Positions 1 to 11,520 of a stretch of 64,000 nucleotides of DNA are shown piece by piece. Below the pieces are notes generated by a model, which worked only from the letters and a program-made list of their open reading frames with translations, made no database searches and was not told where the DNA came from. The DNA comes from Octopus vulgaris (taxonomy: Eukaryota), in assembly GCA_951406725.2 (NCBI GenBank), contig OX597840.1, forward strand, positions 13,702,001 to 13,766,000, in the 5' to 3' direction. The position numbers were made by a program, and so were the translations under genes. Position 1 is the stretch's first letter. Each line of letters starts with the position of its first letter.

Positions 1-2521
1 CTAATAAAGAATTATCCAAAATTCTTAGTGCCTCATTTTCCTCCATATATATATGTATATATATACACACACACACACACACACATACATATATATGTAT
101 GCATGTATGTGTATATATATAGATGACAGGATATTTAGCATATGGAGTCTTTGCTCTGCACAACTTTCCAAAGCTGGGATATCTCAGAAACAGCTGTCAC
201 AGACTATCTCTACCTTTCATTATATAACTTAATTAAATTAAATGTCCTTGTTAAGTCTTGCCAATTTGTTTACCTCCTCTTTTTACTTTAACCTATGCCT
301 ATTGACTCAAAGGGAAGCCACTTCTAGCCACTTTGCAATTGTACTCACAAAACAGCAAATTTAACTGCTATTCACACCCGAATTTTAGTGGCATAGCTAT
401 TCAAGCTTTACTTAGCTAACACTAAGTAAAGCTTGTAGCATTTTATAAAAATATGATATTAGACTTAATTTCTCTTTTCAATTTTGTTTTTTCTCCATTA
501 TTTCAATATTATATCCTACTCAAATAAAGCTAAAAAGAGACAAACAAACTTAAAAGCAAGAAAAATAATGATTAAAAGGAGGATTCAAATTAATATGTTT
601 TTGCTAAATTATAAAAACAAACACTATTAAATAGAATTAATTTTTGAAAAAATCGATATTGATAAATATATTTTATATATTATCAACAAATAAAAAAAAT
701 ATGTATGTAGAAATTCATCAATTATAACATTTCCTTGTTAGAAAAACAACAAATCTTTATTAACAAAAAGAAAAATGTTTTATCAAACTTTACCATAAAC
801 AACATCACTGTGATCAGTGGCGTTTGATTAAAGTTTATGGTCTGCAATGCTGTCCTCTTTTCTTCATTACCTCGATTAGAACATAATTTATCATTTATTA
901 GTTTATTTCCTTATAAACTTTCTAATACTTATTAATTTATATCAAAATTATTTTCTTCTTATTGTAGGATAAAGATAAGAGGAAATTAAAACAACTGTAG
1001 AGGAAACAAAAATGCAAAATAAACAAACATCTTGGTAGATTAGAGTAAAAAAATTTCATTATGAAATAATTTAATCATTCAAAATAATTAATACTGATTT
1101 GTTGTTCAATGTTAGCAATGTGAGCACTGGATAATAACATTCACTTCAAGTCATCAATTTTGGGTTAAAATAGAATAGATTTAGGTCTGAATTAATGAAA
1201 TTATATTTTGTATTTAAAATATACACTTTATTTTGTCTCATTTACAGTAAAAAGCTATTTTTATACGAAACTCGTGGGAGACATATCTGCTGGGTCATTG
1301 CTGTCCCAGACTTAGTGTCTCCTTCAATAAATATTTACAAAACTGAGCATTCCTTTGAAATATCACATAAACCAAGAAAATATTTCCTTGTCCAAATATG
1401 GGGCAATAGCTTCCCAATACTTCCATAGTTGCTTCTAGTGAAAAGAAGATACCAAAGTTGTATGAGCTGTAGGCAACCTTAGTTAAATCCATGTCTTAAT
1501 GTGGGTCATCTAGAGTTATCTTCTCTAGTCACATCGTTAACAACAAGGTCACGCTCGTGAGATAGGGATAAAAAGATGCGCACAGCCAAGAACAGCCTCT
1601 TTTGCTGTCCAAAGCGGCTTGCTGCTAACTGCCTCATCTCCCTCTCTGTTCCGGCTACTGGACTGCCCCACATTGATTTAAATTGAGTTGAATCCACTAT
1701 ACCAGTCATGGAAAGCAGCAAGAAAAAAACCTTTTCTTATTCAACTTCCATTCTGTTCGGTTAAATGTTAATTTACAAGCTGTGTATAAATGCTCTTCTC
1801 CCGGATTGGAATAAATACACCATGTACATGAAGGCGTCAAAAACTCATACGAATTATTGTTGTTTCTCACTGGATTAATTCCTACAGCTATCGAAGGATG
1901 ACCGGACATTATATTAAATTAGTGGGTTAAAAGCTCACTAAAGAGCTTTAAAAGTTGAAATGGATGCTATGGCTTTTGGAGGTAAAAATTTCCCCACATA
2001 TTTTGTTTTAGCTTATACTTATGGGATGTATGGAATAAATTATGGTTCAAAATAGTGATATGAGAGAATCACCAGTAAAAGGTTGGAATCACTGCTCCAA
2101 ACCATACATAGAATTTAACTTCTATTTCTTTGAGATTTAGATTCAACTGACACAAGAACACTTGTTGGTACCAATGTAGAAAGAAATCTTTCCCTGTTCA
2201 ATTACCATCTTAACTCAACAGATATCAACAACAATATCAAATGGAATATTGTGTTTCAATAAACCTTACACCAGTGGAAACGGCCCCTGCTGACTTCCAT
2301 GCATTTCTGGACATTACAAAATATTCTCTGGTTCTAATTCTTTTTCATTATCGTTCAAAAATATTTTCCCATGTAGAACCCATAGAACCTAGTGGCGCCC
2401 CCTGGCTTGTATGTTCTTGTCAAATCATCCAACCCATGCCAGCGAGGAAAAAAGGATGTTAAATAATGGTAACAATGATGATAATAATAATAATAACAAT
2501 AATAATGATAATAATAATAAT

Positions 2522-3072
2522 AGATGCTCTGATGCAGTACCAGGCAGTGGCTCTCATGGCTTCTGATCTTATCTGATTGGAAGTGTTATCATGTACATTG
2601 TTTTGTCTTGGTATAAAAAATGGGCTACAGCAAATATTCTGCTCAACACCACAGATTTGCTTGTCAGTTGTTTGACCTTAACCTGTTGAGCATGTCCCTT
2701 AGTGGCTGATGATATGTGCATCTCTGATTACGAGCAGACGTAGTGGGGGAGCGTCATAGCCATGTGTTGAAAGGAATTCTTAGAGGTTTGGATAATTCAC
2801 CTTTGGAAACATTGGTGGTTCGTTCAACATCCTTAAACAACCCTTATTCAGGGACCTTTTGAGCGGGATGGGTTACTCAACCAGAAGAAAATTCTAATTG
2901 GGCTCCACTTGCAAGGTCATGTGCTTGATATGAGATCACCATGTCGTGCACATATGGTTTTTGATGCATGTGCCTGGTGCACCCTTATCAGAAGGGTAGT
3001 CATGATGGGTATACTGGGCTTCGTATATTTTACCCCAGCGTCACTTTGATGGCATGCACTGCTCTCTCACTC
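2522..3072 (-). mobile_element. Unclassified retroposon-like interspersed repeat ending in an (ATT)n tail
   Basis: Higher-GC block bounded by (TAA)n at ~2480-2521 (tail when read on the minus strand) and (GAT)n at ~3075; no ORF. Family assignment is inference. Confidence 0.4.
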
Positions 3073-3074
3073 GT

Positions 3075-3111
<37 letters not shown>

Positions 3112-3124
3112 AATAATAATAATT

Positions 3125-3342
3125 AATCCTTTCTACTATAGGCACAAGACCTGAAATTTGGTGGGAAGCAAGGCAGTCAATTAGATCAACCCCAGTATGC
3201 AACTGGTACTTAATTTATCGACCCGAAAGGATGAAAGGCAAAGTCGACCTCAGTAGAATTTGAACTCAGAATGTCAAGACAGTTGAAATGCCACTAAGCA
3301 TTTTTCTTTGCGTCCTTAATGGTTCTACCAGCTTGCCACCCT
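3125..3342 (-). mobile_element. tRNA-derived SINE, family B (GCCTTTCATCCTTTCGGGGTCGATAAATTAAGTACC core, Meta/Nin-like)
   Basis: Reverse complement matches the head and core of the copies at 34546 and 45605. Confidence 0.8.
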
Positions 3343-3343
3343 T

Positions 3344-3344
3344 C

Positions 3345-3381
<37 letters not shown>

Positions 3382-3450
3382 TAATAATAATAACAATAAT
3401 AATAACAATAATAACAATAATAATAATAATAACAATAATAATAAAGATCA

Positions 3451-3490
<40 letters not shown>

Positions 3491-3504
3491 TAATAATTAT
3501 AATG

Positions 3505-3558
<54 letters not shown>

Positions 3559-3572
3559 CTGATGATGATGAT
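3344..3572. repeat. (AAT)n/(AAC) microsatellite
   Basis: Seen directly; produces the poly-I/N/L ORFs. Confidence 0.95.
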
Positions 3573-3655
3573 GATTTCAAATTTTTTCCCACAAGGGCTA
3601 AAAGGTTAGAATTAAGGTTCTTAGAACCCAATCTGGGATTATGTACACATAATAA

Positions 3656-4005
3656 TACTCCTGATGACAGACAATCTGAGATCAAACTGATACTCCTGAT
3701 GACAGACAGTCTGAGATCAAACTGATACTCCTGATGACAGACAATCTGAGATCAAACTGATACTCCTGATGACAGACAATCTGAGATCAAACTGATGCTC
3801 CTGATGACAGACAGTCTGAGATCAAACTGATACTCCTGATGACAGACAGTCTGAGATCAAACTGATACTCCTGATGACAGACAATCTGAGATCAAACTGA
3901 TACTCCTGATGACAGACAATCTGAGATCAAACTGATACTCCTGATGACAGACAATCTGAGATCAAACTGATACTCCTGATGACAGACAATCTGAGATCAA
4001 ACCGA
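3656..4005 (+). repeat. 35-bp minisatellite, 10 copies (TACTCCTGATGACAGACAATCTGAGATCAAACTGA)
   Basis: Units start at 3656, 3691 ... 3971; near-identical, no spacers. Confidence 0.95.
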
Positions 4006-4651
4006 TCAAATTGTAAAGTAGATATAAATATTGATTTCTCCTAACAGCATTAGGTTGCAACATTCAGAGCAGGTGGGTGGGTGGGTTTACAATAAGTTAA
4101 ACCAACCCTGGTACATATCTAGAACTGCATTTTATTAACCCAGGAAGGATGAAAGGTAAAGTTAACATCACAAGTATTTCAAACAAAGAACATAAAAGGT
4201 TGTAATGTAGACATAACTATTAAGAAATATGTTTTCAGTTCAAAATAGTAAACAAAACGATAATCTTCTGGTTATTTGCTTTTATGTCTATATTTATTTT
4301 CTCTTTTATATTTGTTTAAATGTCCATTTAAAATGATGGAGAAATATTTAGTAGATAAAAAATTACTCATCTCTCAGATTTCAATCTACAGTTATTAATC
4401 TAATTTTAGGAACTCACAAACACACTAACACACCATGTGTATATAATCACACATCCATGAACACACAGACACATACGCACACACACACATAATGTGCATA
4501 CATAAATACACGCATATATATAGAAGAAATAATTCTAAACCTACAAAACACAAAAATATGATGCAACAACAGAACAATATGCTTTGGTCAACAAAACAAA
4601 ACGTCAAATATCTAAGCTCTAAATTAATACATCGTTTCCTATATTTTTATA

Positions 4652-5231
4652 CAGGCGTAGGAGTGGCTGTGTGGTAAGTAGCTTGCTTACCAACCACATG
4701 GTTCCAGGTTCAGTCCCACTGCGTGGCAACTTGGGCAAGTGTCTTCTACTATAACCTCAGGCCGACCAAAGCCTTGTGAGTGGATTTGGTAGACAGAAAC
4801 TGAAAGAAGCTCGTCGTATATATGTATGTATATATATATATATATCTCTCTCTATATAAACAGCAGTTTGTCTGTGCGTTTTCTGTGTGTCTGTTTTCTC
4901 GTACCCTCACTCTGACCACGGCTTTCAACCGATTCTGATGAAACTTGACACACACATAGCCCAATGTCATAATTCAAAACTAACGCAGCGAAAATTTTGA
5001 AAAGTTCCCCCAGTTCTGAAAAAAAATCGATAAATTCGACATGGGGTCGAGAATCAGAAACCCAAACCACAGACCGTCAAGGGGACGCAACTCCACCTTT
5101 TTTAACTCTCAAAAAAAAAATTTACCATCATTTTTTCTCCATTTTTTTGCTATTTTTTGGCTATAACTCTCTAAAAATGCTTTATAGTTATTTCCCTTAC
5201 AAACCTGAGCAACGCCGGGCGATACTGCTAG

Positions 5232-5276
<45 letters not shown>

Positions 5277-5490
5277 ATTTGTGTACCTGTGTTTGTCCCC
5301 CCAACATCACTTGACAACCGATGCTGGTGTGTTTACGTCCCCGTCACTTAGTGGTTCAGCAACGAGACTGATAGAATAAGTACTAGGATTACAAAGAATA
5401 AGTCCTGGGGTTGATTTGCTCGACTAAAAGCAGTGCTCCAGCATGGCCACTGTCAAATGACTGAAACAAGTAAAAGAGTAAAAGAGAAAG
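4652..5490 (+). mobile_element. tRNA-derived SINE, family A (CORE-like, internal TA/TG microsatellite), interrupted by a Helitron
   Basis: Head GGAGTGGCTGTGTGGTAAG (A-box-like) ... GGTTCAGTCCC (B-box-like), TTGGGCAAGT CORE-like motif, tail GACTGAAACAAGTAAAAGAG; many copies in the window. Confidence 0.85.
4845..5231 (+). mobile_element. Non-autonomous Helitron
   Basis: 5' TC, 3' CTAG, subterminal GC-rich hairpin CCTGAGCAACGCCGGG, inserted between A and T with no TSD; near-identical copy at 42962-43344. Confidence 0.8.
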
Positions 5491-5849
5491 AAACACACTC
5501 TAAAAAATCGACCAATAATTGTTGCAACAATTTTCACACAGCATTTCCTTACGTCTGCGAGGTGGATATTTTAAAATTTTGTATTCATATAGAGTCTGAC
5601 GAGCTGTCTTCAAGGTATTAGCCTTTGTGGGTGCAAAACCTTGGGAAACACTACATAAAAATTTGCTGTAATATATGTGTATCATCATCATCCTCATAAT
5701 CTAACACCTGACTTCCATGTTGCTGTGGGTTGGACAGTTGGACAAGATCTAATATGCCGGAGGACTGATGTCAAGCGTCCACTGTCTATTATGGTATGGT
5801 TCTTGCAAATGGATTCCTATTTTACTACCAATCACTTTACAAAGTGTAA

Positions 5850-6088
5850 TAAATAAATAAATGCACCCTTTTAAAGGATAGCCAGGCTCATGGGCCTGGT
5901 TTCCCGGTTTCTATGGCGTATGTGTTCCCCAGCTAGACAGGACACCAGTCCATTGCAGCTGAGTGGACTGGAGCAATGTGAAATGAAGTGTTTTGCTCAA
6001 GAACACAAAGTGTCGCTCAGTCCAGGAATCGAAACAACAATCTTATGATCATGATGCTGACACCCTAACCACTAAGCCACGCGCCTCC
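5850..6088 (-). mobile_element. tRNA-derived SINE, family C
   Basis: Minus-strand head GGAGGCGCGTGGCTTAGTGGTTAGGG ... TTCGATTCC; (TTTA)n tail at ~5850. Confidence 0.7.
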
Positions 6089-6399
6089 ACTTTACAAAGT
6101 GTAATGGTTGTAATTTTTGTGACACTGGAAATAGAGAGGATCCTATGCAGCTTGCAAGACAAAGGCAGCTGAGAAGAAGAGCAAGAAGCCTTCTAAGGAG
6201 AGGTTGCTTTATGCCAAGTGTTGAGAGGCTAAAGTATGATGAAGGGACAGGCACAGGTGTCTCACTGTGGAACAGCTATGTGGCCCCCTTACATTATATA
6301 GGAGTGGACTGGAGGAACTAGAAAGAAGACAAAAGTGTTGGAATATACCATCAAGTACATGGTGTGCATAACTGGGGATGGGCAGATTGTGCGTGGATA

Positions 6400-6705
6400 A
6401 ACTGGCACTTCGTTGGTTATGACGATGAGGGTCCCATTTGATTTGATCAATGAAACAGCCTGCTCGCGAAATTAACATATAAGTGGCTGAGCATTCCACA
6501 GACACATGTACCCTTAATGTAGTTCTCAGGGACACAGTATGTGTCAAGGCTGGCCCTTTGAATTATAAGTACAACTCCTTTTATCCAGCTGAGTGGAGTG
6601 GAGCAATGTGAAATAAAGTGTCTTGCTTAAGGACACAATGCATCGCTGGGAATTGAACTCATGACCTGACGATTGTGAGCTGAATACCCTTACCACTAAG
6701 CCATA
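6400..6705 (-). mobile_element. tRNA-derived SINE related to family C, with a different 3' half
   Basis: Shares the TGGCTTAGTGGTAAGG head and CACATTGCTCCA..CACTCAGCTG body with 5850-6088. Confidence 0.65.
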
Positions 6706-7414
6706 CTATACTCCTTTACATGTGGATAAGGGTAAAGGTTAATGTAGTGAATGACGTACAAAGGTGGAGGTGTAGTCGATGGGAAAATATCAAAGGAAGG
6801 AAAAGAAAAAAAGAAACAGCTTCGGAAGGATGATTTGATAAGTGGCATTAGGGGATAGGGAAGTGGAAAGCTGCAGTATAATAAGCCTGTGGATAAGGTC
6901 AGGAAGTAGGGAGGAAAGAAGAGATGTACAGGGACAAAGATGAAGGTCAGAGGTACAAAGGGATGGCTATAATAAGTGGCGGACAAAGGTGGGATAACAT
7001 CAACAGCAGATGTGAGGGGTATGAGAGATGCAGTATGACAGTTTTAAGATGTGACTCATGGGGGGTGGGGTGGAAATAGGAATAGACACTGAAAGGGGTG
7101 AGCGTAGGAAAGTATAATGGGAAGAGGAGGCTGCTATTTGCACAAAGAGAAAAATATGTGCAGATTCTGTTATATGATTTCAGCCGCTACAAGCCCATTG
7201 CCAGACTTTGGTGTTTGGGGTTGGAGGGCTTTGGAACATTCTAGGTGGGAACTCTAATTTACAATAATTCTAAGGTGCAGTTTTGGAATGATAATGTCAC
7301 TGAAAACTTATTTCATCATTTCTTTGAATTTATGTTTTAAACATTGATTATAAATCCGTAAAATAGAAGTTTTTCAGCACACACACACACACACACACAT
7401 CAAAGTATTGTATA

Positions 7415-7578
7415 GTTTCTCTCTCTCCATTTTTTTCCTCTTATTCCTTTCTGCTGAAGAGTGTAGGCTCGAAATATAAAAGACCTTTGCGTTCTTCCTG
7501 AGCATTAAACTAATACACCTGCTTGTTGTTCCTACACTTGTCTTTTTGTTTTATTTTTCTATAAATTTGAACTATATA
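7415..7578 (+). mobile_element. Penelope-type terminal repeat fragment with a minimal HHR-like motif (7446-7483)
   Basis: CTTT-CTGCTGA-A-GAG..CTC-GAAA-TA-TA-AAAG; homologous copy at 32185-32365. Confidence 0.6.
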
Positions 7579-8063
7579 TCATCATCGCATCATCATTGTC
7601 GTTTAACGTCCGCTTTCCATGCTGGCATGTGTTGGATGGTTTGACTGAGGGCTGACAAGCCAGAAGGCTGTAGCAGGCTCCAATTTGATATGGCGAAGTT
7701 TCTACAGCTGAATGCCCTTCCTAATGCCAACCACTCTGAGAGTGTAGTGGGTGCTTTTTATGTGCCACTGGCACGAGAGCCAGTCAGGCAGTACTGGCAT
7801 TAACCATGCTTGAATGGTGCTTTTTATGTGCTACCAGCATGGGTGCCAGTAAGGCAGGACTGTCAATGAGTTCACTTGACTCAACAGGTCTTTGCAAGAG
7901 CAGATTAATGCCCAATGATTGAAGTGTACTCTTAAATGGGACAGTTATGCTACACTGGTACAGGTCACGATTACTGTCTCACTTGGCTTGCCAGGTCTTC
8001 TCAAGCACAGCATATCTCCAAAGGTCTTGGTCACTTGTCATTGCCTCCTTGAGGCCCAACGTT
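7578..8063 (-). mobile_element. RTE-clade LINE 3' end
   Basis: (GAT)n tail on the minus strand; 3'UTR and ORF end shared with 46985-47830. Confidence 0.8.
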
Positions 8064-8789
8064 GTGCAGTTTATAACGTATAATTTTAGCAAATACAATA
8101 CAATAGATGACAGAATTCCTTTAGTGATTAACTGGCACCAACATTTCGCTAGCATTTCAAAAGTGTTGCATGAAAGTTACCAGCATGTGGTGAAAAAATA
8201 TCCTTGCTTCAAACAGATATTTCTTCAACTGCCTATGGTAGCCCTTAGACAGAATAAGAATATAAGAGAATCATTGACCTCTATTTCTGACTCCAAGAAG
8301 ATGAACATTCGAGTATCTACACGCTGTACCATAAAGAACAGCTGCAAGAGAGGTAAGCCCTGTTCATTGTGCAACAACATGAGTGAAGGGAATTTCATCA
8401 GAAATCATAACAGAAATGTTATGATTTATACAGAAGGTGGAACATGTAAAGATTCCCATTTGGTGTACGCTGCAGAATGCATGAAACACAACGTAATTTA
8501 TGTTGGTTGTACAAGAGAACAATTAAACAAAAGGTTTAATGGTCACAGTTTAGACGTCAGGCACAATAACAGTAGTTCGACAGAACTTGCTGAATATTTC
8601 GTTTCAATATTTCATTTTGAAGAAAACTTTAAAGTGCATATTCTCAGAAAATATTCTGAATCTACTTCACTTTCACTTCTCAGGATGTATGAGGAGAAAT
8701 ATGTTTGCAGGTTATTAACATCACGCCCTGGAGGGATGAATAAGATGACAGGAGAATATCATCAAATTTATACAAAACTGTTTGATTAA
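8064..8789 (+). pseudogene. 5'-truncated Penelope-like element ORF: RT-thumb/linker, Cys-rich linker and C-terminal GIY-YIG endonuclease (Neptune-like)
   Basis: RIPLVINWH..PMVALRQNKNIRESL; CKRGKPCSLC; LVYAAEC..IYVGCT..LNKRFNGH; ..E..LLTSRPGGMN. No internal stop. The first ~38 codons of the 7947 ORF are antisense RTE sequence. Confidence 0.85.
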
Positions 8790-8969
8790 ATATTCTTCTT
8801 TCTCTTTTTTTCTTTCCTTTGTTCTGTCATCTTCTTTTTTCTGTTTTTTTCTTTCTTTTCGTCTGTTAAAGACTTAAAAACTGATGATGTCATTCCATCA
8901 ATGTGTGGATGCTACTTGCTCTCGTTCATACTTTACGTTTAAATTTCTGAATTTTTATCACTTCTTATT

Positions 8970-9012
8970 TTGAACTTGACAAAGACAGACGTACTGTTGA
9001 AATATCATTCAA
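8970..9012 (+). ncRNA. Hammerhead ribozyme-like motif with a U3:A8 core, in the Penelope 3' terminal repeat
   Basis: TTGAAC-TTGACAA-A-GACAG acgta CTGTT-GAAA-TA-TC-ATTCAA, immediately followed by AATAAA. Confidence 0.65.
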
Positions 9013-10110
9013 TAAAATATTTTACAATCGAATCGTGCTCTTCGTCTTGACTGTTTACCTTTGTGAAGAGTTACATCAATCCTTTTTTTAAAATATATAA
9101 TAATAATAAAGGGTAAAATTAATTAATCAATTAATAATTAATAATTTTACCAAGTAGTTCAGTATGTTAAAGAACCATTATCGGTAACCTTATACAAAAA
9201 TTCTATAATTATAAGCATAATTATAATTAGGGTTCAGCAAAAATTGTTTCACCACATACTGAAATTTAGAAATAGTAGTTAACTGCTATTGGGCTTCTTT
9301 CAGCTTCCCTCTACCAAATCCTCTCACAAGGCTTTTGGGTCAGCCCGAGGTTTATAGTAGAAGATATTTGCCCAAGGTAGCACACAATGGGACTGAAACC
9401 AGATTTGTGTGAATGTGAACCACACTTCTTACCACACAACCACGTCTGCACCTATAATCTTATCAAGGTATTGTGTCTATAAGCTGTACAGTACAAATAT
9501 AGAGTAAACACAGTGCTTCACTTAGTTTCAAGAAATAAATTGTTTAGCATGTTAATACTTCACCCAATCTGCCCAGTCCATAGAATTAGAGGACTTGAGA
9601 CTTTCCTTCAGAGTTTGATGTCTCGTTGAAGGTGGTCATATAGCCAGCCATTTTAACCTGTTTCTTACTGCAACTTTCATGCGATTATCTGCAAACAGAT
9701 TATCATTGCAAATGTGATGTCAGTAAAGATAAATTCTTCCAACGAGGACTGAACTTTGTCAAAACCTTCATCTGTTTAACTGCCTGGATGTTGATATGGC
9801 AGCAATATTGATTCCGTTTTTTCCTTCTCTTCCCCTGTTTCTATAAACATAAATGTGTATTTAAGTGGAAAAGTTGATGAATCATATCAAAGAATGGTGC
9901 AGTTTATAATTCTTTTATTCTTTCAGTGGTTTCAGTCATTTGACAGTGGCCATGCTGGAGCACCGCCCTTAGTTGAACAAATCAGCTCCAGGACTTATTC
10001 TTTGTAAGCCTAGTACTTATTCTATCGATCTCTTTTGCTGAACTGCTAAGTTACGGGGATGTAAGCACACCAACACACAGTTGTTAAGTAATGATGGGGG
10101 ACAAATACAG

Positions 10111-10142
<32 letters not shown>

Positions 10143-10143
<1 letters not shown>

Positions 10144-10307
10144 CATGCATATATGGGTACAGGATGGCACCAACGGTGCAAATAACATGAAATATGTAAA
10201 CAAACAAGGGAAAATGAGTGAAATATGTAAACAATGAGGTTTTCTTTCATTTGTTTACGTATTTCATGTTATTTGCACCATTGGTGACGTCCCGTACTCA
10301 TATATGC

Positions 10308-10313
<6 letters not shown>
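10143..10313. repeat. Imperfect fold-back inverted repeat within (TA)n
   Basis: Arms of ~65-70 bp (TGCAAATAACATGAAATA.. / ..TATTTCATGTTATTTGCA). Confidence 0.85.
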
Positions 10314-10358
<45 letters not shown>

Positions 10359-10360
<2 letters not shown>

Positions 10361-11440
10361 GTTATGCCTCAAATTCCCCGCGAAAAGCATGCTAAGACTC
10401 ATTGGAAACGTATGCTGCATAAAATAAAATATTTACTGCCGCATAATTAAATTTATAAATTTATAAATTTATAAATGAGGGTGAAAAGTTGATATTAATT
10501 TAATAATACCATTAATTTAACACCAAGTGGCTTAGCACAAAAAACTAGGGAGATAATTAATGGTATTATTAAATTAATATCAATTTTTCACCCTCATTTA
10601 TAAATTTATAAATTTAATTATGCGGCAGTAAATATTTTATTTTATGCAGCATACGTTTCCAATGAGTCTTAGCATGCTTTTCGCGGGGAATTTGAGGCAT
10701 AACTAAAAATGCAATCAATTAAACCGCATGTGTATTTGACAAAAAACTAGGGAGATAATACAAATTTATACATAAATTATTAGAGTTACCACTATGTGGA
10801 TAGCTCTAGTGCTAAAAATAGCTCCGATAGTATAGCCACAGAAACGATGTTTCCAAGTAGAAATAACATTACATTTAACGGAAGGAAAGTGAAACATAAC
10901 GAATAAATAGATTGATCCTGAACAATTGTTTCATTACTAATGTCAATGCAATTTTACTTACATAGACATCTATAAATCATCAGCAGAGGTTTGTCTTAAA
11001 TACAATTTATTAGACCAACACGAGCGTCAAATACACGTGCGGTTTAACCAATTGCATTTTTAGTTATGCCTCAAATTCCCTGCGAATTGGTCTAATAAAT
11101 TGTATTTAAGACAAACCTCTGCTGATGATTTATAGATGTCTATGTAAGTAAAATTACATATTACATTAGTAATGAAACAATTGTTCAGGGTCATTCTATT
11201 TATTCGTTATATTTCACTTTCCTTCCGTTAAATGTAATGTTATTTCAACTTGGAAACATCTTTTCTGTGGCTATACTAACAGAGCTATTTTTAGCACTAG
11301 AGCTATCCACATAGTGGTAACTCTCTAATAATTTATGTATAAATTTGTATTATCTCCCTAGTTTTTTGTGCTAAGCCACTTGGTGTTAAATTAATGATAT
11401 TATTAAATTAATATCAATTTTTCACCCTCATTTATAAATA
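10359..11440. mobile_element. Compound nested inverted-repeat element in (TA)n, with an HHR-like motif in both orientations
   Basis: IR1 spans 10359-10705; IR2 pairs ~10740-11030 with ~11088-11368. CTGATGA at 11122 and GAAACAATTGTT at 11174, mirrored at ~10920-10985. Confidence 0.75.
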
Positions 11441-11520
11441 TATATATATATATATATATACATCTAATATAGGATAAAATTTTATATATATATATAAATT
11501 TATATATATATATATATATA

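Noticed and set aside
1195-1909. Cluster of short ORFs near the window start
   Set aside because: No recognisable motif or consistent splice pattern.
2391-2408. CTCF-like CCAGGGGGCGCCA (minus strand)
   Set aside because: Only a partial match, adjacent to repeat debris; unsupported alone.
3266-3725. Poly-I/N/L ORFs (similar cases at 34015, 36558, 53809, 60568)
   Set aside because: Microsatellite translations.
3656-4005. CRISPR-like 35-bp repeats
   Set aside because: No spacers, no cas genes, eukaryotic context; it is a plain tandem repeat.
7947-8063. ATG and N-terminus of the 280-aa ORF
   Set aside because: Derived from an antisense RTE fragment; not the native start of the element.
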